From an uncultured Acidobacteriaceae bacterium (lineage in GTDB: Bacteria > Acidobacteriota > Terriglobia > Acidiferrales > UBA7541): a DNA stretch of 64,000 bases. Position numbers and translations under genes: made by a program. The first letter of the stretch is position 1. Each line of letters opens with the position of its first letter. A model generated the notes under the pieces. The model saw only the letters and a list, made by a program, of their open reading frames with translations, was not told the DNA's origin and did no database searches. Positions 26,885-35,663 of this stretch are shown here, one piece after another. The DNA lies in NCBI GenBank assembly GCA_964563425.1, contig CAZLWY010000243.1:4247-68246 (forward strand), written 5' to 3'.

Positions 26885-27837
26885 GTCGTCGCTTGGTGGG
26901 AAAGTTGAAACCCGGCCCTCCGCTCAGGGCGCCTCGTGCCGCTGCAGCCATCGGCGCGCTCGCGGTGATTGCATTGCTAGGGGGTGGCTTCCGGTCCCTG
27001 AACTCGCAGACACGCGCCGCGTACAAACCAGCGCGCACGGCCGACGGCCAGCCCGATCTCAACGGTTTCTGGCAAACGATGAACACGGCGAATTGGGACA
27101 TTGAAGAACACGGTGCTCGACCCGCGCCATACGCCGATCTGGTCGGCGTGTATCTGGCAGAGCCCGCGGGCCTCAGCGTAGTTGAGGGAGGCACGATACC
27201 CTATAAGCCGGAAGCTCTCCTACAGCGCAATCGCTACCGTGCGGAACGGCTGCATCCTGATCCGCTCGTGCTCGAAAACGGGACCGAGGATCAAGCCGAT
27301 CCCGAAGCGAAGTGTTACCAGGGCGGAGTGCCCCGCGTCACCTACATGCCGTATCCGTTTCAAATTCTTCAGACCAAAGACACCGTACTGATCGCCTATG
27401 AATACGGCGGAAACTCGGCGCGCGTGGTTCCGCTGGGCGACGACCTGGAGAAAACCCGAGCCAAGTTGATCAACACGGACAGCTGGATGGGCCAATCGGT
27501 CGGCCGCTTTGAAGGCGACACGCTCGTCGTCGACGATCGCTGGTTCAGCCACGTGATTTGGCTCGACCGGTCCGGAAATTACTACAGTCAGGATGCGCAC
27601 GTGGTCGAACGCTACACGGCGATTTCTCCGGACCACATTCGATACGAGGCGACCATCGACGATCCGAAGGTTTTCACGCGTCCCTGGAAGATGAGCATGA
27701 TTCTGTACAAGCACGTCGAGCCGGATATGCAGCTGCTGGAATTTCAGTGCATTCCGTTTGCCGACGATTTTGTGTACGGCAAGTTGTACAAGAGGAAACC
27801 GAAGCCAACGTCGCAGCAGCCGGGCAGCCCGCAGTGA
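26881..27837 (+). CDS. exported/anchored protein of unknown function (paralog A')
   Basis: Its ATG overlaps the preceding stop (ATGA). N-terminal hydrophobic segment, then DGQPDLNGFW, GRFEGDTLVVD, ERYT and IDDPKVFTRPW. Confidence 0.7.
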   Translation: MSRRLVGKLKPGPPLRAPRAAAAIGALAVIALLGGGFRSLNSQTRAAYKPARTADGQPDLNGFWQTMNTANWDIEEHGARPAPYADLVGVYLAEPAGLSVVEGGTIPYKPEALLQRNRYRAERLHPDPLVLENGTEDQADPEAKCYQGGVPRVTYMPYPFQILQTKDTVLIAYEYGGNSARVVPLGDDLEKTRAKLINTDSWMGQSVGRFEGDTLVVDDRWFSHVIWLDRSGNYYSQDAHVVERYTAISPDHIRYEATIDDPKVFTRPWKMSMILYKHVEPDMQLLEFQCIPFADDFVYGKLYKRKPKPTSQQPGSPQ

Positions 27838-28514
27838 AGCTTCGCGCAATCATGATTCCGGGCGTCGTGGCAATCACCGCCCTGCTTGCTCTGGCAATCG
27901 GCGCAGGCGCCCCAGCCGCGTTCGCGGCGCAAGATCCGCCGGGCAAGCCTTCGCTGACCAATCCGGCCGGATTCACGGAGCGAGCTCCCGATACTTTCGA
28001 GGCGAGCTTCGACACGAGCGCGGGCACGTTCGTCGTCGAAGTGCACCGGGACTGGGCTCCCAACGGAGCCGATCGTTTCTACAACCTCGTGAAATCCGGC
28101 TTCTACGATGGCAACCGGTTCTATCGCGTCACGCCGCTGATGGCTGTCTGGGGCTTGAACGGTGACCCGGCCGTCGCGAAGGCTTGGCTGGGCGCACGCA
28201 TCGCGGACGACCAGACTCATAAGCACAGCAACACGAAGGGAATGGTTTCATTCTTCCAGGCGAACAGGCGCTCCACACAAACGTTCATCAATTTGGCGGA
28301 CAATTCCGCGACTTTGGATATTCAGATCGCGCCGTTCGGGGAAGTGGTCTCGGGAATGGACGTGGTCGAGAAGCTGTATGCGGGCTATGGCGAAGCCAAG
28401 CCGAATGGCAACGGCCCGGAGATGAATCCGTTCTACGAGGAAGGGAACGCGTATCTCGAGCGGGAGTATCCGAAACTCGACTACATCAAAAAGGCGTCGA
28501 TTGCGGCGCCATGA
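27834..28514 (+). CDS. exported cyclophilin-type peptidyl-prolyl cis-trans isomerase
   Basis: GTG at 27834 overlaps the preceding stop (an alternative ATG lies at 27852). Signal peptide ends AFAAQ. GTFVVEVHRDWAPNGADRFYNLVKSGFYDGNRFYRV matches the cyclophilin core. Confidence 0.8.
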   Translation: MKLRAIMIPGVVAITALLALAIGAGAPAAFAAQDPPGKPSLTNPAGFTERAPDTFEASFDTSAGTFVVEVHRDWAPNGADRFYNLVKSGFYDGNRFYRVTPLMAVWGLNGDPAVAKAWLGARIADDQTHKHSNTKGMVSFFQANRRSTQTFINLADNSATLDIQIAPFGEVVSGMDVVEKLYAGYGEAKPNGNGPEMNPFYEEGNAYLEREYPKLDYIKKASIAAP

Positions 28515-28759
28515 TTATTTTCAATGAAACCGCGAGCGACAAGTCTCCGTCCAGGCGGACACGAAATGGCGCGACGACTTTCGATCGAACGAGACAGGAA
28601 AGCGGAAGTACGCGCGCGCGAATGACACCCATGTCGGCCCACCTCCATTCCGGCTTCACTTGAGTCTGACCCCCTAAACGTCGGTTCGCCGTTTATTCAG
28701 CAAGGTATCTGCAACCCTTCCGCTTAGCCCGCGCACAAGAGCGCGGCTTCGTTGCGTGC

Positions 28760-28778
28760 GCCATCGCAGGGCGATGGC
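28760..28778 (+). promoter_or_regulatory. GC-rich hairpin in the 320-nt leader upstream of the TonB-dependent receptor gene
   Basis: GCCATCGC-AGG-GCGATGGC is a perfect 8-bp stem. A second small hairpin, CGCGC-ACAAGA-GCGCG, lies at 28730-28745. Confidence 0.25.
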
Positions 28779-28834
28779 TGGATTGGACATCAAGGTTCAG
28801 ACATTCAAATTCGGCCCTGAACTCAGGAGACAAA

Positions 28835-31800
28835 ATGAAGCCCAGCCAATTTCTCTTCGCCATTCTTACTCTCGCAGGTGCTTGCTTCCTCAGCCCGGCC
28901 TCCGACGCGCAATCGGGCGGCACCGGAGGACTCACGGTGACCGTCACTGACCCCAGCGGCGGTGTGATCGGCGGCGCGAGCGTGACCATCAGCAACGGTG
29001 CAGCCGTGACGCGCACTCAAACAACTGCCGCGAACGGCAGCTATACATTCGCGCTTCTGCCGCCGGGAGTTTATAAGGTGTCCATCGCGGCCGCCGGATT
29101 CCAGACCATGACCGTACCTGGCGTCACGGTGGACGTCACCGAAACGGAGGTCTTGAACCAGAGCCTTCCAGTGGGTGCGCAGAGTCAGCAGGTGACGGTT
29201 ACGGGCGCAACCGAAAACATTCAGACCGAAACGTCGGCGCTGGGCGGCGTGGTCAACCAGCAGTCGATTGTTTCGATTCCGCTCGCCACTCGCAACTACA
29301 CCCAGATTCTCAACCTCTCGCCCGGCGTTATAACCAGCGTCACGGACGCTTCCACCTTTGGCCGAGGCTCGCAATCCATCTACGTGAATGGGCACGATGA
29401 CGCCAGCAACAGCTACCTGATGGATGGAGTTCAAGTGAGCAGCTACTCTGGTAGCACGACCGAAGACACGGCCGGCTCGTTTTACGGCTCGATCCCAATC
29501 CCGAGCCCCGACTCGTTGCAGGAATTCAAGGTCGTAACGTCGATGTTCGATGCGAGCATCGGCCGAAATCCCGGGGCGTCGGTTAGCTTGATCTCGAAGA
29601 CCGGAACGAACGCGTGGCACGGCGATCTATTCGAGTTCTTTCGCAACGACGACCTCGATGCAAATACATTCTTTGCCAAATTGGCAGGCCATCCGCGCGG
29701 AGAATTGAAACAGAACCAGTACGGCGGCACGTTCGGGGGACCGATCAAGAAAGACAAGCTCTTCTTCTTTTTCTCGTATCAGGGCACGCGACAGATCAAC
29801 GGAGTGGCTTCGCAGGGAACTTCATCTGTCACCCTGCCCGGCGCCCTCACCAACGATCGAAGTGCGGCGACATTAGGCGCCGAATTTTGCCACTCGCCCA
29901 CCTTTCCGGCGAAGACCGGTGTGCCTAATCCCGCAAGCGATCAGGTTGCATGCGACGGATCCAACATCAATCCCATCTCGCTTCAGCTTCTGAATGCGAA
30001 GCTGCCCGACGGCACCTACGTCATACCTGCGCCGCAAATCATCCTGCCCAACGGCTCCGGGTTTTCGTATTTCAGCATCGGTGCACCGTTTCATGAAGAG
30101 CAGGCCTCGTTCAACCTGGACTACGTGCTTTCGCCGAAAAACACATTCTCGGGCCGGTTTTTCTATTCCTACGCCCCGAATATCAATGAGTTCACCAGTT
30201 CCACCGAGCCTCCCGGCGCAGCGCGGAAGGACATCAATGGCGACGAACTCATCTCCGGGAAGCTGACCACGCTGCTGTCGAGCAATCTCGTAAACGAGGC
30301 AAGGTTCTCGAGTTATTACATTCGATCGACGCGCTACAGTCTCTTTCCAGTCACTGCCACGGACTTCGACGTGACTCCGGCCAGTTCGACTTTCCCGATC
30401 CTGCCGGTGATTTCGATCACCAGCGCCGGCTTTGCGTTTGGCGGCGGGACAACCGACAACGAATTTACGCCGGTGTATTCCTACGAGTGGTCCGACCAGC
30501 TTTCGTGGACACACGGCCGCCACACGCTGCGCTTCGGCTACGACCAGCAGCGTAACGCGATGAATATTTGCTCCTGCGGAAAGACGCGCGGTCAGCTTAC
30601 GTTTCAAACTTTCTCCGATTTTCTTCTCGGCATGAGCGGCGCGGAAAACGGCACAACCCTCAGCAATATCTTCACCAGCAACGCCAATGTTCAGCTGTTC
30701 TCCAATCCGAATCTCGGCCGGGAAAACAATTTCAGTTTCTTCGCCCAGGATGATTTCAAAGTTTCGTCGAGGCTCACCTTGAACTTGGGGCTGCGCTGGG
30801 AATATGACGGCACCGGTTACGACAATGCCAGCGACGGTGGCACCAATGCCATTTGGTCGCTGCTGGAAACCGTGCCGATTCCTCCCGTCAGCGGTACCTA
30901 TGTCGGTTTCACGGTCAAAAAGGATTTCAAGGGTACCCTGCCGCCGGGCGTTCTTCGCCGCTCCAACAATCTCTATACCTACGGCCACGCGCCCTTGACC
31001 AATTTCGCTCCGCGCCTTGGATTCGCATGGCAGCCGTTTGGAACCGGCCGTTTCGTGGTTCGAGGCGGATCGGGAATATTCTATAAGCTGATCGACGGCC
31101 AGCATTTCCTCGATACCTGGGACGGTGAACCCCCGGTTGCCGCGCCGTTTACTCACACGGGAGCCAGCAACTCGGCCGCCACGTTTGCCGTGCCCTTTAC
31201 TCCCGCGATTCAGATCGGCACCTTCAATTCTTTCCTGCGCACGCCGACCTCGGCCATTTCGCTCGTCGGCGTAGATCCCAACCTGTCCACGCCCACTACT
31301 TTCAATTGGAACCTCGACACGGAGTACGCGATTTCGCCGAGTCTCATGTTCGAAATCGGCTACGTCGGCGATCGCACCGAGCATACCGAGGCGACTCTGA
31401 CACAGGACATCCCCGTCCTTGCGTCACCAACCGATCCAGTGAATTGCGGCGCTCCGTTCGGCTGCGTCACCACGAACACCTCCGCGAACGCCGCGGAACG
31501 AGTGCCGGTGCTTGGATTCGGTGCGGGCGGTTTCATCGAAACCGCCAACGTGGGCTTCTCGAGCTACAATGCCCTCCAAGCCACGATTCGAAAGACTCTC
31601 TCGAACGGTCTTCAATTCCAGGCCGCCTATACGTGGGGTAAATGCTTGAGCGATTACCTGGGCACTTCGACGGCCGCCAGCGGCGAGGGCGGATCGATCG
31701 CCTACGATCCGGCCACGCAGGTCGCCGAAGGGAATCGGAGCATCGCCAAGGGTGAATGCGGCTACGATCGGCCGCAGCGCCTCGTGATCAGCTACGTCTA

Positions 31801-32356
31801 CAATTTCCCGAAATTCAATAATGGGGAAGGTTTCAGTGGCCACGCGCTGTCGGGATGGGACGTCGCCGGCGTCACCACAGCGCAGAGCGGTAATCCGATT
31901 ACGCTGTCCGACAGCCGGGGCGGCCAGGTTTATGGTGCAGTCGGCACCAGCGGCGCCAACTTATGCGCGGGCGAGACGATCGGCGACATATTCACCCACG
32001 GGTCCATTGCCTCGCGCATCAGCGATTACTTCAACACCAGCGCCTTTTGCGCGCCGCCGGTGATCGGAGCCGAAGGTGGCGTAGGCGGAGCAACCGGGTA
32101 TGGCAATGTCCTGCTGAATCCCGTTCTCGGCCCGGGCCAATTCAACTGGGACATTTCGATCCAGAAGCACACCGTGGTGGGCGGATTGCGCGAGGATGCC
32201 GAACTTGAATTCCGCACCGACTTCTTCAACGCGTTCAACCACCCGCAATTCAGCAACCCGACTTCCAACGTCGGCAGCGCTTCGACCTTCGGCGTCATCA
32301 CGACCACGTCCGTAGGCCCGCGCATCATTCAGTTTGCGCTAAAATACGTCTTCTAA
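28835..32356 (+). CDS. TonB-dependent receptor with N-terminal carboxypeptidase-regulatory-like domain
   Basis: Signal peptide present. CarboxypepD_reg-like segment (GLTVTVTDPSGGVIGGASVTISN..ANGSYTFALLPPGVYKVS). Plug region (NYTQILNLSPGV). Long beta-barrel ending in the aromatic terminus ..FALKYVF. Confidence 0.9.
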   Translation: MKPSQFLFAILTLAGACFLSPASDAQSGGTGGLTVTVTDPSGGVIGGASVTISNGAAVTRTQTTAANGSYTFALLPPGVYKVSIAAAGFQTMTVPGVTVDVTETEVLNQSLPVGAQSQQVTVTGATENIQTETSALGGVVNQQSIVSIPLATRNYTQILNLSPGVITSVTDASTFGRGSQSIYVNGHDDASNSYLMDGVQVSSYSGSTTEDTAGSFYGSIPIPSPDSLQEFKVVTSMFDASIGRNPGASVSLISKTGTNAWHGDLFEFFRNDDLDANTFFAKLAGHPRGELKQNQYGGTFGGPIKKDKLFFFFSYQGTRQINGVASQGTSSVTLPGALTNDRSAATLGAEFCHSPTFPAKTGVPNPASDQVACDGSNINPISLQLLNAKLPDGTYVIPAPQIILPNGSGFSYFSIGAPFHEEQASFNLDYVLSPKNTFSGRFFYSYAPNINEFTSSTEPPGAARKDINGDELISGKLTTLLSSNLVNEARFSSYYIRSTRYSLFPVTATDFDVTPASSTFPILPVISITSAGFAFGGGTTDNEFTPVYSYEWSDQLSWTHGRHTLRFGYDQQRNAMNICSCGKTRGQLTFQTFSDFLLGMSGAENGTTLSNIFTSNANVQLFSNPNLGRENNFSFFAQDDFKVSSRLTLNLGLRWEYDGTGYDNASDGGTNAIWSLLETVPIPPVSGTYVGFTVKKDFKGTLPPGVLRRSNNLYTYGHAPLTNFAPRLGFAWQPFGTGRFVVRGGSGIFYKLIDGQHFLDTWDGEPPVAAPFTHTGASNSAATFAVPFTPAIQIGTFNSFLRTPTSAISLVGVDPNLSTPTTFNWNLDTEYAISPSLMFEIGYVGDRTEHTEATLTQDIPVLASPTDPVNCGAPFGCVTTNTSANAAERVPVLGFGAGGFIETANVGFSSYNALQATIRKTLSNGLQFQAAYTWGKCLSDYLGTSTAASGEGGSIAYDPATQVAEGNRSIAKGECGYDRPQRLVISYVYNFPKFNNGEGFSGHALSGWDVAGVTTAQSGNPITLSDSRGGQVYGAVGTSGANLCAGETIGDIFTHGSIASRISDYFNTSAFCAPPVIGAEGGVGGATGYGNVLLNPVLGPGQFNWDISIQKHTVVGGLREDAELEFRTDFFNAFNHPQFSNPTSNVGSASTFGVITTTSVGPRIIQFALKYVF

Positions 32357-32366
32357 GGATGGCCCG

Positions 32367-33227
32367 ATGAGCCTGCAGACTTCTTTGATCATGGGCGCGG
32401 TCGCCTACGATCCCAAAGTCGTCACCATCTGGGACGGTTTCCAGAAATACTTCCGCGCGCGCGGCCTCGACTTCGACTACGTTCTGTTCTCGAATTACGA
32501 GAAGCAGGTCGAAGCCCACGTCATGGGACAGCTGCACGTAGCCTGGAATTCTCCGCTGGCGTGGCTGCAGTCGGAGCGCGCGGCGAAGGCCCTGGGGCGG
32601 CGTGCGGAAGCCATCGTGATGCGCGATACGGATATCGACCTTACTTCCATCGTTCTCGCGGGAGCAAATAGCGGCATCCGCAAGCTGGCCGATTTGAAAG
32701 GCAAGAAAGTCGCCGTCGGAGCCAGCGATTCTCCGCAGGCGAAGCTCATCCCTCTCAATTTCCTGGCGGAGCAAGGATTGCGTCCAGACGTCGATTTCAC
32801 CGTGATCGTCTTCGACAAGCTTGTGGGAAAGCACGGGGATCATATCGGCGGCGAGCGGGACGCAGTCCGCGCTCTGATGAACGGGGCGGCGGATGCCGCT
32901 TGTATCCTCGACGGGAATCGCCTTGCATTTACGCGGGAGGGCACCCTTTCGGCCTCGTCAACGCGAGTGGTCGCGCAAACCCCGCCTTTCGATCATTGTA
33001 ATTTCACCGTACTCGATGGTGCTCCCGCCGAAAAGATCGCCAGGTTTCGCGATCTCCTGATGCAAATGTCGTACGCGGACGAGGAGGTCCGTCCGCTGTT
33101 CGATCTGGAAAGGCTCAAGAGCTGGATGCCCGGCCGTACGCAGGGCTATGCCCAGCTCGCCGCGGCGGTCGATCGTTTTGGTACGATTGATGGGTTCGTA
33201 AAGGGTGTCGTCGCGGAATGCAAATAG
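32367..33227 (+). CDS. PhnD/SsuA/transferrin-family periplasmic-binding-fold protein without a signal peptide
   Basis: Starts directly with a beta-strand-like LIMGAVAYDPK. LADLKGKKVAVGASDSPQAKLIPLNFLAEQGL is a typical PhnD-like segment. Starts 10 nt after the TBDR stop. Confidence 0.75.
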   Translation: MSLQTSLIMGAVAYDPKVVTIWDGFQKYFRARGLDFDYVLFSNYEKQVEAHVMGQLHVAWNSPLAWLQSERAAKALGRRAEAIVMRDTDIDLTSIVLAGANSGIRKLADLKGKKVAVGASDSPQAKLIPLNFLAEQGLRPDVDFTVIVFDKLVGKHGDHIGGERDAVRALMNGAADAACILDGNRLAFTREGTLSASSTRVVAQTPPFDHCNFTVLDGAPAEKIARFRDLLMQMSYADEEVRPLFDLERLKSWMPGRTQGYAQLAAAVDRFGTIDGFVKGVVAECK

Positions 33228-34426
33228 ACGTCGATCTCGGTTCGCTCCCTTTCTCCGAGGGTGGCCATCTTCTCATCAAGCGCGCTCTGCGCAGTGCAGG
33301 CGCGGGCAAGTCGATTACTGTTGCTGGCATGTCGCCTGAACTCGAGATCGACCTGCGGTCCTGGTGCCGCGACGAAGGTCATGCGCTGGAGATTCAAACG
33401 CGGCGGCCGGATCAGCCCGCACAAGCCACGATCGTCAACGGAGGCGCTGAAGCGAAACGATGGACCGGCGCGCAGCGCGCTGGTCAGGCCGACGCCGCGC
33501 AAACCGGCGGAGTTGTCACGCACGCGCCGCGTCGCTGGGGACTGGCCGCCCGCGGGGCCACCGTCGAAGCAGGAAGCCCAGAGTTCGATTTTCATCTGGT
33601 CGACAAAATCGAGGTCTGGTCGGACGACGCCGCACGGCTGTACGCCCAAGCCGTTGCCGCGCAGTGGGATCCCAAGACCGCGATCCCTTGGGAGGCAAAG
33701 TTCGAGCTGGACGACGACGTGGAAGACGCTGTGGTTCAAATCATGACGTATCTGATCGAAAACGAAACGGCAGCCTTGATCATCCCGAGCCGTTTCATCG
33801 CCCAGCTGCACCCTCACTTCCGTGAAGTCATGCAGCTTTTGGCCGTGCAGGCTGCGGACGAAGCCCGGCACATTGACGTGTTCACCCGCCGCGGATTGAT
33901 GAAGCGCGATCACCTCGGACTTTCCACGATTGGTGGGCAGGCTTCGCTGAAAACGCTCATCGACGAACCCGAATTTGCGATCGCCTCGTTTCTTCTTTCG
34001 GTTCTCGGCGAAGGCACCTTTCTCTCGCTGCTCTGGTTTATCGAGCGATACGCACCGGATCCGGTCACTGCGGCGGTCGCAAAGCTCGCCGCGCAGGACG
34101 AAGGCCGGCACGTCGCCTTCGGGATCGCCCATCTGACGCAACACTTGAACCACGACCCCAGTTTCCGGCCGCATCTCGCTGATTCGGTTCGCCGGCGTCA
34201 CGACGCGCTTCAGCACACCGCGGGACTTAACGCGGAAGTTTTCGACGCGCTGGTTTTACTTGCAGCCGGTTCTTGGGATTCCGAAAGCTTGCGCCGCGGT
34301 CATCAACGCGTAATGGAATTGACCAAGGAAATGGACGAGGGTCGCCAAAAGCGGCTGCGGCGCCTTGGGTTTTCGGAAGCGGAAGCGGCGGAACTTTCCA
34401 GCCTCCACACCCGAAATTTCATGTAG
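33218..34426 (+). CDS. fusion of a TusA/SirA-like domain lacking the Cys with a ferritin-like di-iron carboxylate domain
   Basis: N-terminus HLLIKRALRSAGAGKSITVAGMSPELEIDLRSWCRDEGHALE follows the TusA pattern without CPxP. The C-terminal half has a duplicated E..EXXH motif: IENE then DEARH 32 residues on, and LGEG then DEGRH 30 residues on. Overlaps the upstream gene by 10 nt. Confidence 0.7.
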   Translation: MQIDVDLGSLPFSEGGHLLIKRALRSAGAGKSITVAGMSPELEIDLRSWCRDEGHALEIQTRRPDQPAQATIVNGGAEAKRWTGAQRAGQADAAQTGGVVTHAPRRWGLAARGATVEAGSPEFDFHLVDKIEVWSDDAARLYAQAVAAQWDPKTAIPWEAKFELDDDVEDAVVQIMTYLIENETAALIIPSRFIAQLHPHFREVMQLLAVQAADEARHIDVFTRRGLMKRDHLGLSTIGGQASLKTLIDEPEFAIASFLLSVLGEGTFLSLLWFIERYAPDPVTAAVAKLAAQDEGRHVAFGIAHLTQHLNHDPSFRPHLADSVRRRHDALQHTAGLNAEVFDALVLLAAGSWDSESLRRGHQRVMELTKEMDEGRQKRLRRLGFSEAEAAELSSLHTRNFM

Positions 34427-34454
34427 GGATCGCCACGCGATTCCAATCGCGCCT

Positions 34455-34925
34455 TCAAGAAAATCCGATCCAGCGCCCCCCCCAGGCCACGCCGAACCAC
34501 AGTCCCAGGGAGACGATCGCCGTCGCCTTTCCCAGCAGCGGATACCTTTGATCGAGCTTTTGTCGAATGACCCGGCTCTTAAGAGTGAAGGTGAAAACGA
34601 TCGCAAGAGCGAGCGAGCCCATCTTGAACCAAAAAGGAAAGCTGTAATAGCACTTCGTCGCTTCGGAAAGAAACAGCAAGGTCCCCGAAGCGACCATCAG
34701 TCCCAGGCTTGCAATCATCCACGGCCGGGCGTTTGCGGCTACTTCCTCCGCCGACTGACTCCGGAGCCCGATGCTCAGCAGCCGCATATCGACGATCAGC
34801 ACCGCACCGGCGATCACTCCTAAACCCACCAGGTGAATCGATTCGATCACAGGAAAAAGCCACACGGAACCCTGGATCGTCTGCCCGATCCAGGAATGTT
34901 CGCACCAGCGGAAGAAGGGAAGCAC
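34455..34925 (-). CDS. four-TM membrane protein of unknown function (DUF6644-like, name from memory)
   Basis: 156 aa. Shares FFRW, P-x-IESIH, D-x-RLL and SG-x-LLF motifs with the gene 1 nt upstream. Confidence 0.65.
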   Translation of the reverse strand: MLPFFRWCEHSWIGQTIQGSVWLFPVIESIHLVGLGVIAGAVLIVDMRLLSIGLRSQSAEEVAANARPWMIASLGLMVASGTLLFLSEATKCYYSFPFWFKMGSLALAIVFTFTLKSRVIRQKLDQRYPLLGKATAIVSLGLWFGVAWGGRWIGFS

Positions 34926-34926
34926 G

Positions 34927-35493
34927 TCAGTTCCTGGAATCAGGCGTCGTGCAGCCGGCCAGTGACCGGATAATTGAAGAATGGGGCTGCGTATCGCAAT
35001 CGAACCAGTTGTAGGCGATCATGCGGCCCGAAACGATCACTGCGATCCACAGAGCGATCGAAAGCGCGCCGGCGACTCGCGCGGCGCGGGGCGGCAACGC
35101 GTCCAAGTCCCAAGTCTCCACCCGCCTGTAGACCCTCGAGTTAAAAATCCACACATTCAGGCCCGCCAGCACCAGCATGAGCATCTTGGTTCGGAAGAAA
35201 ATATTCTGATACGTCCGAAGCGGTATCGCGAACAGCAGAAGCGACCCGCTCAGAACCATCACCACGAAAGCCACCACCGTCCACGGAAGCAGCCGCCGTG
35301 ACATTTCCGACACGGGCACGCGGCGCATCGTCCAACCGAGCAGTCTCAGATCGAATAGCAGCGCCAGCCCGAAAAAAGCCGCCATGCACCAAACATGAAT
35401 CGACTCGATCAGCGGATAGGCGTAGTGCGATTCGTGGAGCCGCACGCTCCACGCCCTCTCAGAAAGCCACCTGAAAAACTCCACGGGGGACAA
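34927..35493 (-). CDS. membrane protein, paralog of 34455-34925
   Basis: 188 aa with the same motif set (EFFRW, PLIESIH, DLRLLG, SGSLLLF). One-nt gap to the downstream paralog. Confidence 0.65.
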   Translation of the reverse strand: MSPVEFFRWLSERAWSVRLHESHYAYPLIESIHVWCMAAFFGLALLFDLRLLGWTMRRVPVSEMSRRLLPWTVVAFVVMVLSGSLLLFAIPLRTYQNIFFRTKMLMLVLAGLNVWIFNSRVYRRVETWDLDALPPRAARVAGALSIALWIAVIVSGRMIAYNWFDCDTQPHSSIIRSLAGCTTPDSRN

Positions 35494-35663
35494 TGTCCGT
35501 TTCCCAAACGTTTCATGCCACAGGCGCTCGATTTCGAGAACGCTTTCGACCCTGCGATACTACGAAACGCCCGCGCAAGAAACAACCGAAGAGCCGCTAA
35601 ATGGGACCCTCCGGCAATTCAGCAACGGCTCCTGGGATTCACAGGGTGCGTCCCATTGAGCTT

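Noticed and set aside
34436-34451. CGCGATT-CC-AATCGCG inverted repeat between the convergent genes at 34426 and 34455
   Set aside because: A possible bidirectional terminator, but the stem is short, the loop is too tight and there are no flanking T/A runs. Not called.
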